Shown here in pieces: positions 49,695 to 62,565 of a stretch of 64,000 bases of DNA. The stretch is from Lingula anatina. Its lineage: Eukaryota; Animalia; Brachiopoda. Positions within the stretch are counted from its first letter, which is position 1; each line of letters begins with the position of its first letter. The notes beneath the pieces were generated by a model. It was given only the letters and a program-made list of their open reading frames with translations, did no database searches and was not told where the DNA came from. The DNA is taken from contig CM120640.1 of assembly GCA_051362555.1 (NCBI GenBank), forward strand, positions 56,708,788-56,772,787, written 5' to 3'. A program made the position numbers and the translations under genes.

Positions 49695-50189
49695 TTATCA
49701 AATGTTGAACATTATGTATAAAATATTCAGACTTGCTGTGACGCAATTTCACAAAAGTAATAAATTGATAGAGATGGAATTTAGAATGTGTGTTAGCCCA
49801 AGGAGTTTTAACACTAAAACACGAAATCTCACGTTAAAGCTCCTTGGTTTGACTGGAATATTACCCAAGCATGCAAATATGGTAAACAGTACGTTGTCAT
49901 GAGCACTTGTAGCATGCATATTGATTCAAGAAAATTGCACATCGATCACAGCAAGTGTTGCTTTAACTCATAAAAACAGTGACATCGAAATCCGTGCTAT
50001 ATATCGCGACTATTGAGTTCTTCGTGACTGTTTCCAAAAAACAGCATTGTAAATATAATATTGCTTATTGTGAATATGATTAATTGGACATGTGTTTTTA
50101 AAGTACATACATTAAAATACAAGATGTTCTGGAGAAAACATTTAAAACAAACTGTAATGTTATTTGTCATTTTATTTAACTGAGCAGAA

Positions 50190-50195
50190 ATCTCC

Positions 50196-50241
<46 letters not shown>

Positions 50242-50390
50242 ACAATTTCTGATTTACCCCAGCACCATCCTCCAATTCAACTGTCCTCACTCATATGGAA
50301 AGCATCAACTTGCACTGTCACATTACTCGGATAGATTTAAAGCATGTCCGTTTCTCTCTCTCGCTCTTTCTCGCTCTCTCTCTCTCTGAT
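50190..50390. repeat. (CT)n/(GT)n compound microsatellites
   Basis: Directly visible dinucleotide runs. Confidence 0.9.
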
Positions 50391-50859
50391 TTTAATTGTG
50401 CCGACTATATATATAAAATTACTCCAATACATTATTTTTCAGTGCACATTTTAGTGTACGGTGTAGTGTGTTAGGGAGACAAAAGGTCGGGGCTCATCTA
50501 CCGACTCAACGCACTTATTTTCGGTTTGGGAATTGCAGAAATGAACCCCTGGTATTTATTCAACTTATTTCTATTAATCTTTTCTGGTACATGTTTTCAT
50601 TCTAAAATCTTTTTTCTGAAGGCAGTCACACACAAAAATACTCTAAAATGTAACGTAAATTTGTCTTCTGAATCTTGCACAGATCTCTCTCGGTCTTACG
50701 TCTAGACTAGTCAGGTCTGTGATTGTGACCAAATGATTCATTCATCTTTTTGACACTGAAAAAAAACCCAATAGTTAAAATAATAATAATAATAATAATA
50801 ATGGGGAAAATACATTGGGTAGGCCTAAATGACCCCCAGGAAAATCGTATGCTGCTGTA

Positions 50860-52340
50860 GGGTAGACCGGGGCTAAACGCCCCCCTTAAGCAAGAAACGT
50901 CACAGTTTTCCCTGCTGAAGTTATAGACCGTTCAAAGTGGGTGTTAACTATGAAGGGCTGCCTAGACTACAAACTGATACTATCACTTTTGGAAACAAAC
51001 AAAAGAAAAACCTTATAGGTGAAAAATAAGTGAATTATAAAATCGGCCTTTTTGCCCCATTGCTGGGGCAATACACCTCGCGCCACGGGGCTAAACGCCC
51101 ACAGTGGGCGTCTTGCCCCAAACTATAGGCGTTATGCCCCGCCTTTGTACAAAGCAAAATTAAATCGAATTATATTTCTACGGTGGACTAAATAAGCCTT
51201 TAAAAACAACAGATAATATTTGTCGGGGTATTGTTATAAATTGAGAAAAAAATCAAACGTATTCAAAATAATACAAAGTTTTATTTACTATGAAACAGTA
51301 GGGCCTATAACTCTCAAAACTAACAGTCCATTGTCTTTATAACGTTGAAGTATTCTTTGTATCCTTTAATCATTATTCCATTCGCTAATATGAGATAGAA
51401 AAAAGTAAAAAATTGGTTATAATTAACAGTTATTTTATCTTTAAACAGTATTACTCTCAAAACTAAAATAACTTTTGTATCTTTAACTAGTTTCACTCTG
51501 TTTCTCTCACTATTTCTCTACTCTGTAAAGACAGGAAACGTTGGCAGAACAAACTGCTAAGTTTATTATAAAACAATAAAACTATAGTGTCTGTAACTTT
51601 CAACCAGTCTTACTCCGTTTTTTTCACAATTCTGATTCCTGCTTCTTTACTCCAAAAAGACTGGAAAACGCTGGTAGAACAAACAGCCAAGTTTATCATC
51701 AAACAGTAATCTCTCTCTCTCAAAACTAACTTCTAACAATACTAACGTCTAACTATTCTCTGTAATACTATTATCTTAGTAAAAAATATCAATATTAATC
51801 AGAGTCATCTGATTCACAGTTTGGACAAATAAATGTAGGGAGTCCTTCAGTGCATTCCTCATGGGCCCAAAGAAGACAGGACTGACACTGAACCCAAACA
51901 TCCCGCGGTCTTGTGCGACTATAAGGTTCGCAGCAGATGAGACACGGCCATTCCTCATCGTCGCTCGTTTCATCATCAGCTGTTTGCTTTCCTCTCCTTT
52001 TGATATTTCCGCTTTCCTTTCTTTTCTGCTGTTTTGTTTGCTTTTTAGAGGCGTTGTTCTTGGTTTTTTTCATTGCGAGAGCAGCCTTATACGGCGACGA
52101 GGTTAGCACTGCCGCAGTTTCTGTTTTTCGCGTTCTTGTCCGCTTTGTTTGCAGCTTTGGAAGAATGGAAGAGGGGAAAGGTCGTTAATAATGTTTCTGA
52201 TTCCTTGGTTGTTTTGTAGTGGAGGAAGGGTAGGTGTATCCGATACGGGAATGTCGCCTCCATCTGACTCCATGGGTTGCAGCGGACTGTGCTGAAGTAC
52301 GCAGTCACAGTGGCCAACTAAGTCTACTCTACTCCGCCTC
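50860..52340 (-). mobile_element. Truncated pogo/Tigger-like DNA transposon: 3' terminus plus transposase C-terminal tail with PHD finger (frameshifted)
   Basis: Peptide LSPLP/K..RTRTRK...AVLTSSPYK, a basic stretch, an acidic stretch and WPCLICCEPY...WVQCQSCLLWAHEEC...FICPNC, the tail of invertebrate pogo-type DDE transposases. Terminus TA|gggtagaccggggctaaacgccc with subterminal ggggc...gccc repeats at 51060-51140. No DDE domain remains. Confidence 0.75.
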
Positions 52341-52639
52341 TAAGAAGAAAAAAAAACTTCTGCTGCCATGCTCGTTAAACATGTTGAATAATAATAATAA
52401 TAAATAAATAAATAAAAGATAAAATGCGTCAACCGAGCCTGTTTCATGTTTACTTTCGAGTCACACCTACCACATTCTATTGACAAGTTGCACATGTTTG
52501 TTCAAGCTAACCTAGTTTTCTTTCAGAGCCAAAAATGGAGCTGGTTCTTAGAAAACAATCACAGAGGCAGTATACGTAGTTACATTATATTGCAGGTTTG
52601 GTTCAAAACAAACAGATAAACTGCAGTTAAAAGGTGAGC

Positions 52640-52890
52640 TTAACAAATTCTGATCTCGTGCGAGATCAAGCTGTAGAAAACGTAGAAAATTAGTAAACGA
52701 AATGCTATAATGCCGAGTGTCATTTAGCGTTATGCTTATAATAGATACACTGAATGACGTGATCCACAGATCCTACGTACAGTCATGGTAGTTCGGGTAG
52801 TTTCTGTTTTGTAGCTGGCGGTGAGCGATGTAGCGGATGAAAAGAGGACTCTCAAGGTAAATGGAGCCGCTACAATTGGCGTAAGTTACA
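52640..52890 (+). promoter_or_regulatory. Putative promoter and non-coding first exon of the death-domain gene
   Basis: CpG-rich patch; palindrome TGATCTCG-TG-CGAGATCA at 52651-52668; CRE-like TGACGTGA near 52755; candidate donors AAG|GTAAAT (52856) and GGC|GTAAGT (52880). The link to the acceptor at 62511-62512 is inferred. Confidence 0.45.
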
Positions 52891-53156
52891 ATTTGTTAAG
52901 TTGTAATATCATGATGATGTGATAATATCATAATAATGAGCGGATACTCAGCCCCGTGTTGCACGAAGTTTCATGCGTTAACACTCTTACCGAGGATCCT
53001 ATTAACGTCTCCTCTGATATGTGTGTGCTAGATAAGCTTAAAAGCTAAACAACAATTTGTACACTTAAACTTGTCAAGGACCCAAACCACAGAAAGGGGC
53101 AACCACAGCTTTTCTTATTTTGGTGGATATTTTTTATAGTAGCAAGTGGTCAGTCA

Positions 53157-53332
53157 GGGGCGTCTCGATTGTCTGAAGGTTCATTAGTCAGAATTAAGGT
53201 TTATTGGTCCCAAAAAACGTAACATTTTCATCACTTTTTTAATCAAGGGTTCGTTGGTCTGAAGGTTCTATAGTGAACATTCGGATCAATAAACCTTGGG
53301 ACTGTTGAACCTTCGGACTATTGCTACGCCCC
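53157..53332. mobile_element. Mutator/MULE-like MITE with 9-bp TSD
   Basis: TIRs ggggcgtctcgattgtctgaaggtt / aaccttcggactattgctacgcccc; exact direct repeat GGTCAGTCA at 53148-53156 and 53333-53341. Confidence 0.88.
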
Positions 53333-53877
53333 GGTCAGTCACTTCATTTAAACCAAATTTCATGATCGTCAAGACTGAAGACATTATCTTATCAGAGTAT
53401 ATGAGCATAACATTGACCCTTGGTTAAGTGCAAACATGAAACTATATTGCACTGACATATTTCACTTCAGAGTTACCTTGTCAGCAATAATGTGCTAGAT
53501 GATAAAGATTAAAAATGAAGCAGTATTTATTGTTTTTTAGTCTACAGTGTGCACATGATATGTTAAAAAAAATTACCTAATTAAAGCAGAAAAAAAAAAC
53601 AAAACAGTTTATAGATGTGAGAAAAGTTAAATATGGAAATAAGAGCAACCTCAGTTATTAACTTTCCATTCATGGCAATATAATAAATAAAATATCTTAG
53701 TATAAATATTGATTTAGATTATATATATACAAGGAGAATTTTACAGAAAAGTACTACAAAAGAAAAATATATTTGTATTATCTAAAATATAACAATGGGA
53801 AATTATGATAAATATAGACCTCAATAAGAATAATGTTAAGCTTTCCATCAAAAAAGGAAATTGGTATCATTTGTGGG

Positions 53878-54037
53878 GGTGGGGGTAGGGGTGGGGGGTT
53901 GGGGACGTCTTGATAGTCCGAAGGTTAATTGGTCTGAAAAACGGTAACATTTTTATTGTTTTTTGTAAATCAAGAGTTCATTGGTCCAAAGGTTCTATAG
54001 TGACCAATGAACCTTCGGACTATTTTGCTATGGCCCC
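53878..54037. mobile_element. Second copy of the MULE-like MITE
   Basis: Same gtccgaaggtt / aaccttcggac units; flanks ATTTGTGG(G/A) at 53869-53877 and 54038-54046; left end expanded into a G-rich tract. Confidence 0.75.
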
Positions 54038-56129
54038 ATTTGTGGATAACCTATATATCTAAAAAAGGCATTTATTGACTGAAAATGCTCCATTAAAAGA
54101 TTAAGTCCTTCTGATAATTTCATGACAATGAGTGTTTCACCTCTCTGTAGCAAAATTTTCATAATAAATTTCAATACATATTCCACTAATATGCAAGGTA
54201 TATATATATAACTATTCAAAGGTTCCATTTTTGAGTTCCTTATATGTTCTATGTGTTAGTTGCTCATAATGGAGTTAGAGACATGGATTCACTACTGACA
54301 GAAAAAAAATTAAAATTTCAAAAATGGATTTATAGATCATAATTTTCTTTATGGTTTTGGATAGGGAATACATTAGTGATTAAGAAAAAAATGCTGAAAT
54401 TATCAGGAAAAAAATCCAGACCAGTTGTTTCTCAGACTAGATGATGAGACTGATAGACGATTCTTATGAATTATAATCAACCAGGATAACGGCAATGCAT
54501 TGCTTTTTAAAGGAGTGATATCAGTTTAAATTTTTCATTCCTCTCTGTATGCATGCATGCACAAATAGCTTAAAAGGGCTTTGTCATCGTCAGACTATAG
54601 CCATTAAAACCTCTGTGCATCATTTTATTTTTAGGATATTTTTAGTTACGAAATCAATAGAGTGAAATAATGAATGGAGGCAGTTTTCTGCTGCCACTCA
54701 TTATTTCCACTATAACGTGAAATATATTACAGCTGTTATCAATCTTATGAAAAAGGAGTTTAGTCTATGACATAGTGTATTGTTATAACAATTATGTGTT
54801 GCAAGAACAAAACACAACCAAACTATACAATATATATTAGTCAAAGTGAATGCTGGAAGGATACACAATTACCAGAGATAGTTTTATTTTCTTCTATCTT
54901 GCTATAAACTAAACCCTAAGAAAAGCTAAAAATTATTTATGGTTTTTTAACAACCAGTTTTAACAAGTCATCCCTACTCCCTCCCTTCATCCCTAGAAAC
55001 TTTGTGGAGGTGGGGCAAGTGGGAGACTACCCATGTTTACTTCCTGTTTCAAAGAAGCTGTGCTGTTGATCTGAGCTGTGCATGACGTAGATAAGCTGGG
55101 ATTTGCGTACACTTGAAGGTCACAGGAGTAGCAAGCATGCTCTCAGTTTCTCCCCGAGCTGGCAATATTGCTTGTGGAGCTTGGTTTAAACACTCAAAGC
55201 TAAATAAATGCAGAATTAACTGATTTGAAACTGAGCTGTTCTGCAACACCAGTGTTCTGTATTTCTTACAATGTTTATTTAGAGGACTGCTGTTATTAAC
55301 TGGGACATTCTATGGCTGTGGCACAGAGGGCAGATAGGTGCTGAGGGCTTGTGGAGGTAAAGAGAGTATTGATTATATGATTTGTTCAACTTAACATTAG
55401 ATGAATGAATATTGTGTATTATAATATAATGAACCAGAGTTAGGGTAATTTTGTTCTAAAAGGTAATATCTCTAGAAAGGATGATTATTATATTGTAAGA
55501 AAAGGTTGGAACCATAGATTATGTGTTAAAATTATGGCAGAGATGTGAAAGTCTAACAAAATGGACAAGGTAGAACAGCAGGTTAAATGTGTGAGATGAT
55601 GACTGAGTGTTGGTGGAATTCATGGATGCAATGTCTGAGATCTGTACCACAGCAACTAGTGAAGTTAGAGTGATGGTTCTTTATGCCTGCTTGTCTAAGA
55701 TCATATACCAGTATGCACAGAGTGAGGAATTCACTACCTTACTGTTTATATATTTGCCAGAAGAAATGCCAAAACAGATTATGCAGCTTCATCAAGGGTT
55801 AATGGTGAAATGCTTTAGTTAAGGAAAATAAAAATGCCCAACTTGCTAATTCATAATTGATATTAGCAGATACATTTAAATGGGAATATTTAGGCAACAT
55901 TTCTTTTTATTTACGCAGGTACTGTATGATATAGCAACCAAGTTTACTGTAGATCTGTCTTCTTTGAATACTGTGGTCTGTACACATAGCCCTCATCTGC
56001 TTCTGTCATTGCTGTCACCACTGTTGCTTCGCACTTTCAGTGGTATCACGATAGGTGGAAAACAATTTTACCTTAAGTCTTCGAACTTGCTTTAATCTTG
56101 CAGGACTGATTCATAGGAATAATAATAAT

Positions 56130-57150
56130 ATACAGATTTAAGGTAAAAAATAAGCTTGATTGTTTTATTTTTGTTGAAGTTATGCTGTTTTTGTGTACAT
56201 GTAAGCAGTTTTTCCTCAGGTTCAATTCTAAGGCATATTAACTGTCTCAGTATTGAACTCATTAAATACATAAAAGTGTTCTTTTGGCATTTTCCACATC
56301 TTAACAATTTTGTTAGTTGAATATATAAAAATGATGGTAAATCTGCTGTTGTGTATGGAATAATAACGTCAAAATTGAAAATAAACTCAAATCTGTGCAG
56401 TTTGTCAAATTCAATCCCTCACAATTTTCATAATCTCAGAATGGAGATTGGACATTCAAAATTGTTCTATTAATATTTTTCTCATCCTAACAATTTGGTT
56501 AGTTGAACATTTAAAAATGAAAGTAAATTGATTTTTGTGTATTATGTAATAAATTGTTGAAAATGGAAATAAACTCATTTGGTACAGTTATCTCTAGTAT
56601 ACATACTACGGTAGTATTGGCATTTTCAAGGTGTGCCTGCATAGCATAATCAAAAATGGGTGATTATTACTAGTATGTTGTAAAGCTTAATGTAACATTG
56701 CATCAAAATTGAAAAAAAAACCTATTTTGAGCACTATAGTGACATTTTAAGGAAAACCATGCCATCTGTGATTTTCAAACTTGCAGAAGAATAGTACTTA
56801 AATACAGCTGTAGTTGGAAAAACAGGCTGATTGGAGTCTTTTTTTTTCTAGAAGTGATGCCATTTTTTAAATAAAATATTAAATATTCACATGTTGGCAT
56901 TTTGAAGGTGTGACTTTGAACATCCATGGATTTGAAGACCTTTGCTAGTCACATTTTCTGAATAACTATGATACTTATAGTATATTGTTAAAAATTGGTG
57001 GTGATTATGCTGTTAAGCATTATGTAATATTGCATCAGAATTGATGAGAAAAAACCATTTTGGTGTTTTGCTGCTATAAATGCTGTAAAAGGAAAATTGT
57101 TCTACCCATTATTATGTAACTTACAAGAATCATTGATATACAGCTCAAAT
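56130..57150 (+). mobile_element. Degenerate HINE-type repeat array homologous to 13560-14810
   Basis: Shared blocks such as gcagtttgtca..attcaatc..aatctcagaatgga, ttggcattttcaaggtgtg, gaagacctttgctagtcacattttctgaa and cattatgtaatattgcatcagaat. Confidence 0.7.
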
Positions 57151-57262
57151 TGGCAAACCAGGGCCCCGTATATCGAAAGCATTGCGCATTGTGACGGAGT
57201 GCAAGCGTCTCGATTTCATAATTCGCCCATACCCGCCCCATATAATACACTGTAGCCTCTAT

Positions 57263-57476
57263 GGGCGCATTCCCATAGATTTTAGATCGATCTATCCCCG
57301 TGGGGAGTCTCACTAGATTACTGTCAGATAATCAGGATTAAATGTCTGTCACGCCTACTACAAGCTGTAAGGGGGTAATTGACTTTCATGCCCACTCGGC
57401 TGACAGCTATTTAGCGTGAACCCCCAGGGAGTTAGGTCGTTCTAGTTGGATCGATCTAATCTCTGGGAATGGGATC
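57263..57476 (+). mobile_element. Harbinger-like MITE (ATTCCCATAGA terminus), copy A
   Basis: TIRs gggcgcattcccatagattttagatcgatc / gatcgatctaatctctgggaatgggatc, TAT direct repeat; inserted in an older CpG-rich repeat. Confidence 0.85.
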
Positions 57477-57542
57477 TATGTGATATCGCTATTCGCAATG
57501 ATTGCTATTCGCAACGATTGGATTATTTTTCTTTCTTACTGT

Positions 57543-57587
<45 letters not shown>

Positions 57588-58067
57588 AGTGTATAAATAT
57601 ATATATATATTTTTTTTTTGCAGGGGAGGTTAGGGATTCTTTTACTATGCAACTTTAAAAGTCTTTAACTTTCAACATCTTTGTCCTTGTATATTTGTGC
57701 AGTAAAGTGGTTTGGCAAATTGTTCATATTTTTTCTTGACCCATATATGTGTACCTGCAAAGTTTAATTAAGACTAACAATATTGTTTGCATGAACTTTC
57801 AGCTAGTACACACTATGTGCTGGCTTACAGATCTTATGAAAGACCTTCACATATGCTGACAAGTGTTACTATTACTGTTTTGAAAGATTGAAGAAATGTT
57901 TCAGGATTTAATTGAAAGACAGTACCACCTGGCTGCAAAATGACTCTAATTGTTTGTAATTTTATGAATGTTTATGAAAGAAGAAATGCTCTGCTTTACT
58001 GTAATGGAATCAGTAAATAAACTGTATCATACAGGGAAGTAAATTTGGACTTAAACTCTACTTTATA

Positions 58068-58478
58068 CAGACCCCCTAAGGCTGACTGATGTCACAGAGA
58101 ACTGATCCATGTACCTCATGCTGAAACTGTCGGTCCGATCGGTCATGACCGGGAAAATTTGTCTGGACCGGTAAAAAATTGGACGTGGTTGGTCCAAAAG
58201 ACCGACAAGAGTTTTAAGAGCTGCAGTTTTGAATTTACAGTCATCATTCAACATATGTCACTAACAAAATTATATAAAATCCAAAGCGTTTTTTCCCTTC
58301 TATTTCAAACCTATCACATTCACAAACAAAGTAAGCTACCCTAATCGTACTAGTAGTATCTGTTTCAAACGAATAGAGTGATTTTCGGTCCGACAAAATA
58401 CCATTCGGTCTGGCAAATTTTTCATTACTGCCGGTTGAAATGTCATTCTGAAATCTTTTCAGCATGTCTGGTACCCTG
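58068..58478. mobile_element. Probable hAT-type MITE remnant with CGGTCC/GGACCG subterminal repeats
   Basis: CAG... and ...CCCTG ends with repeated cggtccga motifs; no convincing TSD. Confidence 0.4.
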
Positions 58479-59402
58479 TTCTCCATTCCTGGCTGTGAGT
58501 TGTTGGAGGGGTTTAGGAAACAAGTTATTAAAAAACTGCTTAACTTACATCATCTTTTACCTGTGTGCAAGGTGCAGCACTGTTACTAGTATACTGCTGT
58601 TTTGAGAACATGTAAGTTACTAATGCAGTATTTATTACTCTGCCTTCAGTGGGTGTAGAAGCATGCCCTTTTCCACATTTGCTGGCAGAAATTACTGCTA
58701 CATTGTACTGTACATCATGTGTACATTATGTTTAAAAAATATTAGCTGTAGTCTCATAATTCAGTAAGGTATGATTTTATACCTTCTACCTAAACATAGA
58801 TGACTTTGATTTTGTAACAAAGGACCCATTACTCTTTATTATACTACAATATCTTTTTTTTTTTCATTTCTAAAAAATAATAACAGTAGATTCTGGTATA
58901 GTCTTCTTGTATAAATTTCACTAAAATTACTGTCAAAGAAGATGTACAAATATCAGTGTAATTCCCATTTGTTAAAAAATTGTTTGTTATCCTCTAATCC
59001 AAGTTTGTCTTTGACTTTTGTCCCTGTGTCTCTGCATAGACAGGAATGGGAATTCAGCAAGATCTGTTACTTTTTAACAGTCATTTATTCTGTTGCTTGT
59101 TCCTTCTGCATGTCTCTCCAATTATTTCTACCTCTCCAATTTACTGCACATTTTTTGTCAATAATCCTAGTGGCTACTATGCACACCCTAAGTTCTTTTT
59201 AAAATCCTCAATGTTTTCAAATGTTAAGTCATAAAACAACTGCACTACACAGTGGAAAAAAAATCAGTAGACGGAAGTTCAGTTAATGTGTCAACCTTAA
59301 TATGAGAAGATTTTGATAAGGAGACGAGAAACCACATTGGACTGGTTCTATGAAAATAATTGCTTTGGAACCAATTTCAAATTTAATCAAAAACAATATA
59401 TA

Positions 59403-59618
59403 TCACCCCATTTCCATAGATTAGATCGACCTACTTTAGATCGACCTAACTCCCTGGGGGTTCACGCTAAATAGCTGTCAGCCGGGCGGAGACGAAAGTT
59501 AATTACCTCCTTACAGCTTGTAGTAGGCGGGACGGACATTTAAGTCAGATTATCTGAAAGTAATCTAGTGAGACTCCCCGCGGGGATAGATCGATCTAAA
59601 ATCTATGGGAATAGAGCC
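59403..59618 (-). mobile_element. Harbinger-like MITE, copy B (inverted relative to copy A)
   Basis: Its reverse complement aligns along its full length with 57263-57476 (e.g. ggctgacagctatttagcgtgaacccccagggagttaggtcg). Confidence 0.88.
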
Positions 59619-59865
59619 TAAGACTGAGCTTTAATTGTCTTTGTATTCGGTATTGGTCATTGCTTTGTTGTCATATACTCGCACTGCCACATCAATCACA
59701 TTAATATTTATGACCACCGGTGGTCTGAAATAAAAGTCTGTATTGAATATGGTCTATGAATAATTACCACACAGAAGACATGCACTATGGTACATTATTG
59801 CAGTTGTAGTTTTATTCTAGCCATTGTTTCAGACTATGCATTGACAGCTATAACTAAATGCCTTA

Positions 59866-60119
59866 GACCTCATTCCCATAGAAACCATCAGTACGGATAT
59901 GTAGATCAATCCAACTCTGCGGGACTCTTGCTGAGGGCAATAAGCTTTTAAAACACACCTGTTCCTGATGTGGAGTAGAATGCAAAAAAAAAACTTGTTT
60001 TGTAATCTACTCAATGCCAGGAGAAAGTTTGTGATTCAGTTAGGCTGATTGCATTCAGCAAGAGTCTCCGCAGAGTTAGATCAATCTACATAGACTGATG
60101 GTGCCTATGGGGATAGGTT
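59866..60119. mobile_element. Related Harbinger-like fold-back MITE
   Basis: cattcccatag terminus; inverted arms accatcagt..gtagat..actctgcgg..actcttgctga / tcagcaagagt..ccgcagagt..atctac..actgatggt. Confidence 0.75.
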
Positions 60120-61049
60120 GATAGAAGCACAATACAAGCATAGGTGCCATTGAAAAAAACAAAAACCATTCTAAGCATTGTCATTGTGAATACAGAATAC
60201 ATTCAAAATTCTATGGCCTGATTTAGGTCATTGATTTCTTTGTGCTCATATGTTTAAGCTGCTGGTAGCATTTAAAATATATTGGTTGTGCTTATGTGTT
60301 AGAATACAATTATGTGCAGTGTTGCTGGTAGGAATGCTGGGTATTCTGGTATATTTATAAAGATACAAATGCCAGCTGTTATCCTTGGGCCAGTCTTTTG
60401 CTGTTTGCTTTGTTAGAACTTTTAAAAGTGAATTACATTTGAGAATGTTTCCGAAGAAGAAGTAATGAATATACTAGGTAGGTAACTTCTTTGCAGCTAT
60501 GTATATGTTATCTATATAAATAGTTACAACTACTTTGATACAATTTGTATGGTCTGAAAAAAGTATAAGCATGTGATTCTGTTGGCAGTTCTACTTTTAA
60601 GATTAGGAACGATCCCTTTCTTCTTATGTTTTGGAAAGATTTACCAGTTTTTACAGTTCTTAGCAACCTGCAGAATAGCCTTGATCCTAGCAAATATACT
60701 GTTATTCTAGAGAAAACAACCAGAAAAATATCCATGGATAATGTTTGTCAACTTTTATTTACTGTTGCTTCAGACTTGTTCATCTGACCTTTTCTTCTCC
60801 AAATCCAGTGGATGATTCCTATTGTCTGATGAGTGGTTAATGTTAAAGCACTAGTAGTCTTAAATAAGAATGTGGAGGGCACCTGAAGAAATGTTTAATG
60901 AGCACTTGCCACCTGCTATACATGTATCACAGAAAATGTCCTAGAAATAGTGTGGCAAATCTATATCTGTAGAACTGACATGAATAACGCCTACTGAAGG
61001 ATGGTGATGTTCTGCTGGCTGTGGCTTTTGCAAACACTCTCCCCCCGCT

Positions 61050-61051
<2 letters not shown>

Positions 61052-61091
<40 letters not shown>
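61052..61091. repeat. (AC)n microsatellite (another lies at 57546-57584)
   Basis: Directly visible. Confidence 0.95.
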
Positions 61092-61093
<2 letters not shown>

Positions 61094-62565
61094 ATTCTTC
61101 CCATTTTTTCACTAGATAAAGATTTTTTTCTTACTGTAAAAAGTGCATACATAGTCATCCCACTCACTATGGTAGTTGTAAAAATGATAACATATCTCTG
61201 GTAGTGTATAATCTAAGATCTAATATACCGTTTATTAGATCTTAGGTATAATATGATTAGAGTTGTATTAGAGTAGTACTCATCAACATATTTGACCTTG
61301 ATGAATTTGCAGGTAATAATTGAGCATCCTTTTTATCAGTCAGATTTTGGTTTCTGTGTCCATTAAGATGGTAGAATGGTATATGTTCAGATACATGTAG
61401 CATCTGCAGTTCAGAGGAATGGGGGGGGGGGTCTGCTAAGCATGTGGCTTTCATGTAGCCAAAGTAAACCAAAATACTACAAGCTATCATTCCTCCTCTG
61501 ATTATTACATGTACGAGCCTTTTTTCTCTTTGTTGAAATAATACCAGTAGGAAGATGATCTTAACTTACAAGAGTTCAATTCACTATTCAATTCACTGTT
61601 TTTGAAGGAGAGAAAGGGGTTTATACCAGGGGCGTATTGAGGCCGTCTTCTGGATGATGGTCAGATTTTCAAGTTTACATTGATGGGTATCTAATTTTTT
61701 CTGTCGGAAGACGGTCAAAAGTGGAGGATGGATTAACAAAGATAATTTGGAAGACTGTCAGAAAATATCTCTGCATTTTCAGATGAACATGTAAGTTAAA
61801 GGCATGTGATATCTATAAGGTTTGATTAAAATGTCATAACTGCAAATTGTCTAGTTAGTGTGCAAGCTTGACAGCTGTCTTGCTGGCTTGTACTTGTCTG
61901 CTTGAAACCTCAAACCTTCCTACAGGCTAATGATAATGTTAGCTCAATTCTACTTTCTAAACTTACAGCTTCAAAAATAGGATTGTGAATGGAATGGTCA
62001 GTTCATCATCCTTGATTTAATTTTAAGAAAAATCTACCAGAATGTTTGAATAATTTACTTATTTCAGTATGTAATCTGCCATCTAAGTGGATATTTAAAA
62101 GATTTGATGTATGCATGATACAGGGAAAAAAAGCAGAGACGATCAAAAATAGAATCCAGTGCCATGGACAACTTTAAAAAGTTAATATTTCGACAAATAA
62201 ACCACCTCCATGTGGCATTTACACATCCATCTCCCAGTTATCTTATGTAACCCATGAGAGCCCTTTAGGGATATGGTATTATAGGTAATCATATGATAGA
62301 TATATATCGAGCTTAAATGGTGGCATGATAAAGCAAATAGCAAATGGGTGCACTCCTATAAAGTCCAATAAATGTCAGTAGCATTGCTACTCAATAAGAC
62401 TGTCCATATCAAAGTATAAAGCTAATGATAAGTTCTATTCTTATTTTGTGCTACATTGAATATAGTCATTCATAAGATTTAATATTAACACCATGGTTTG
62501 TTTGCTTTTCAGACTGGTCTTATCTACATGAAGTAGTCATATTGTGAAGGGTGGTCACTGTCACC

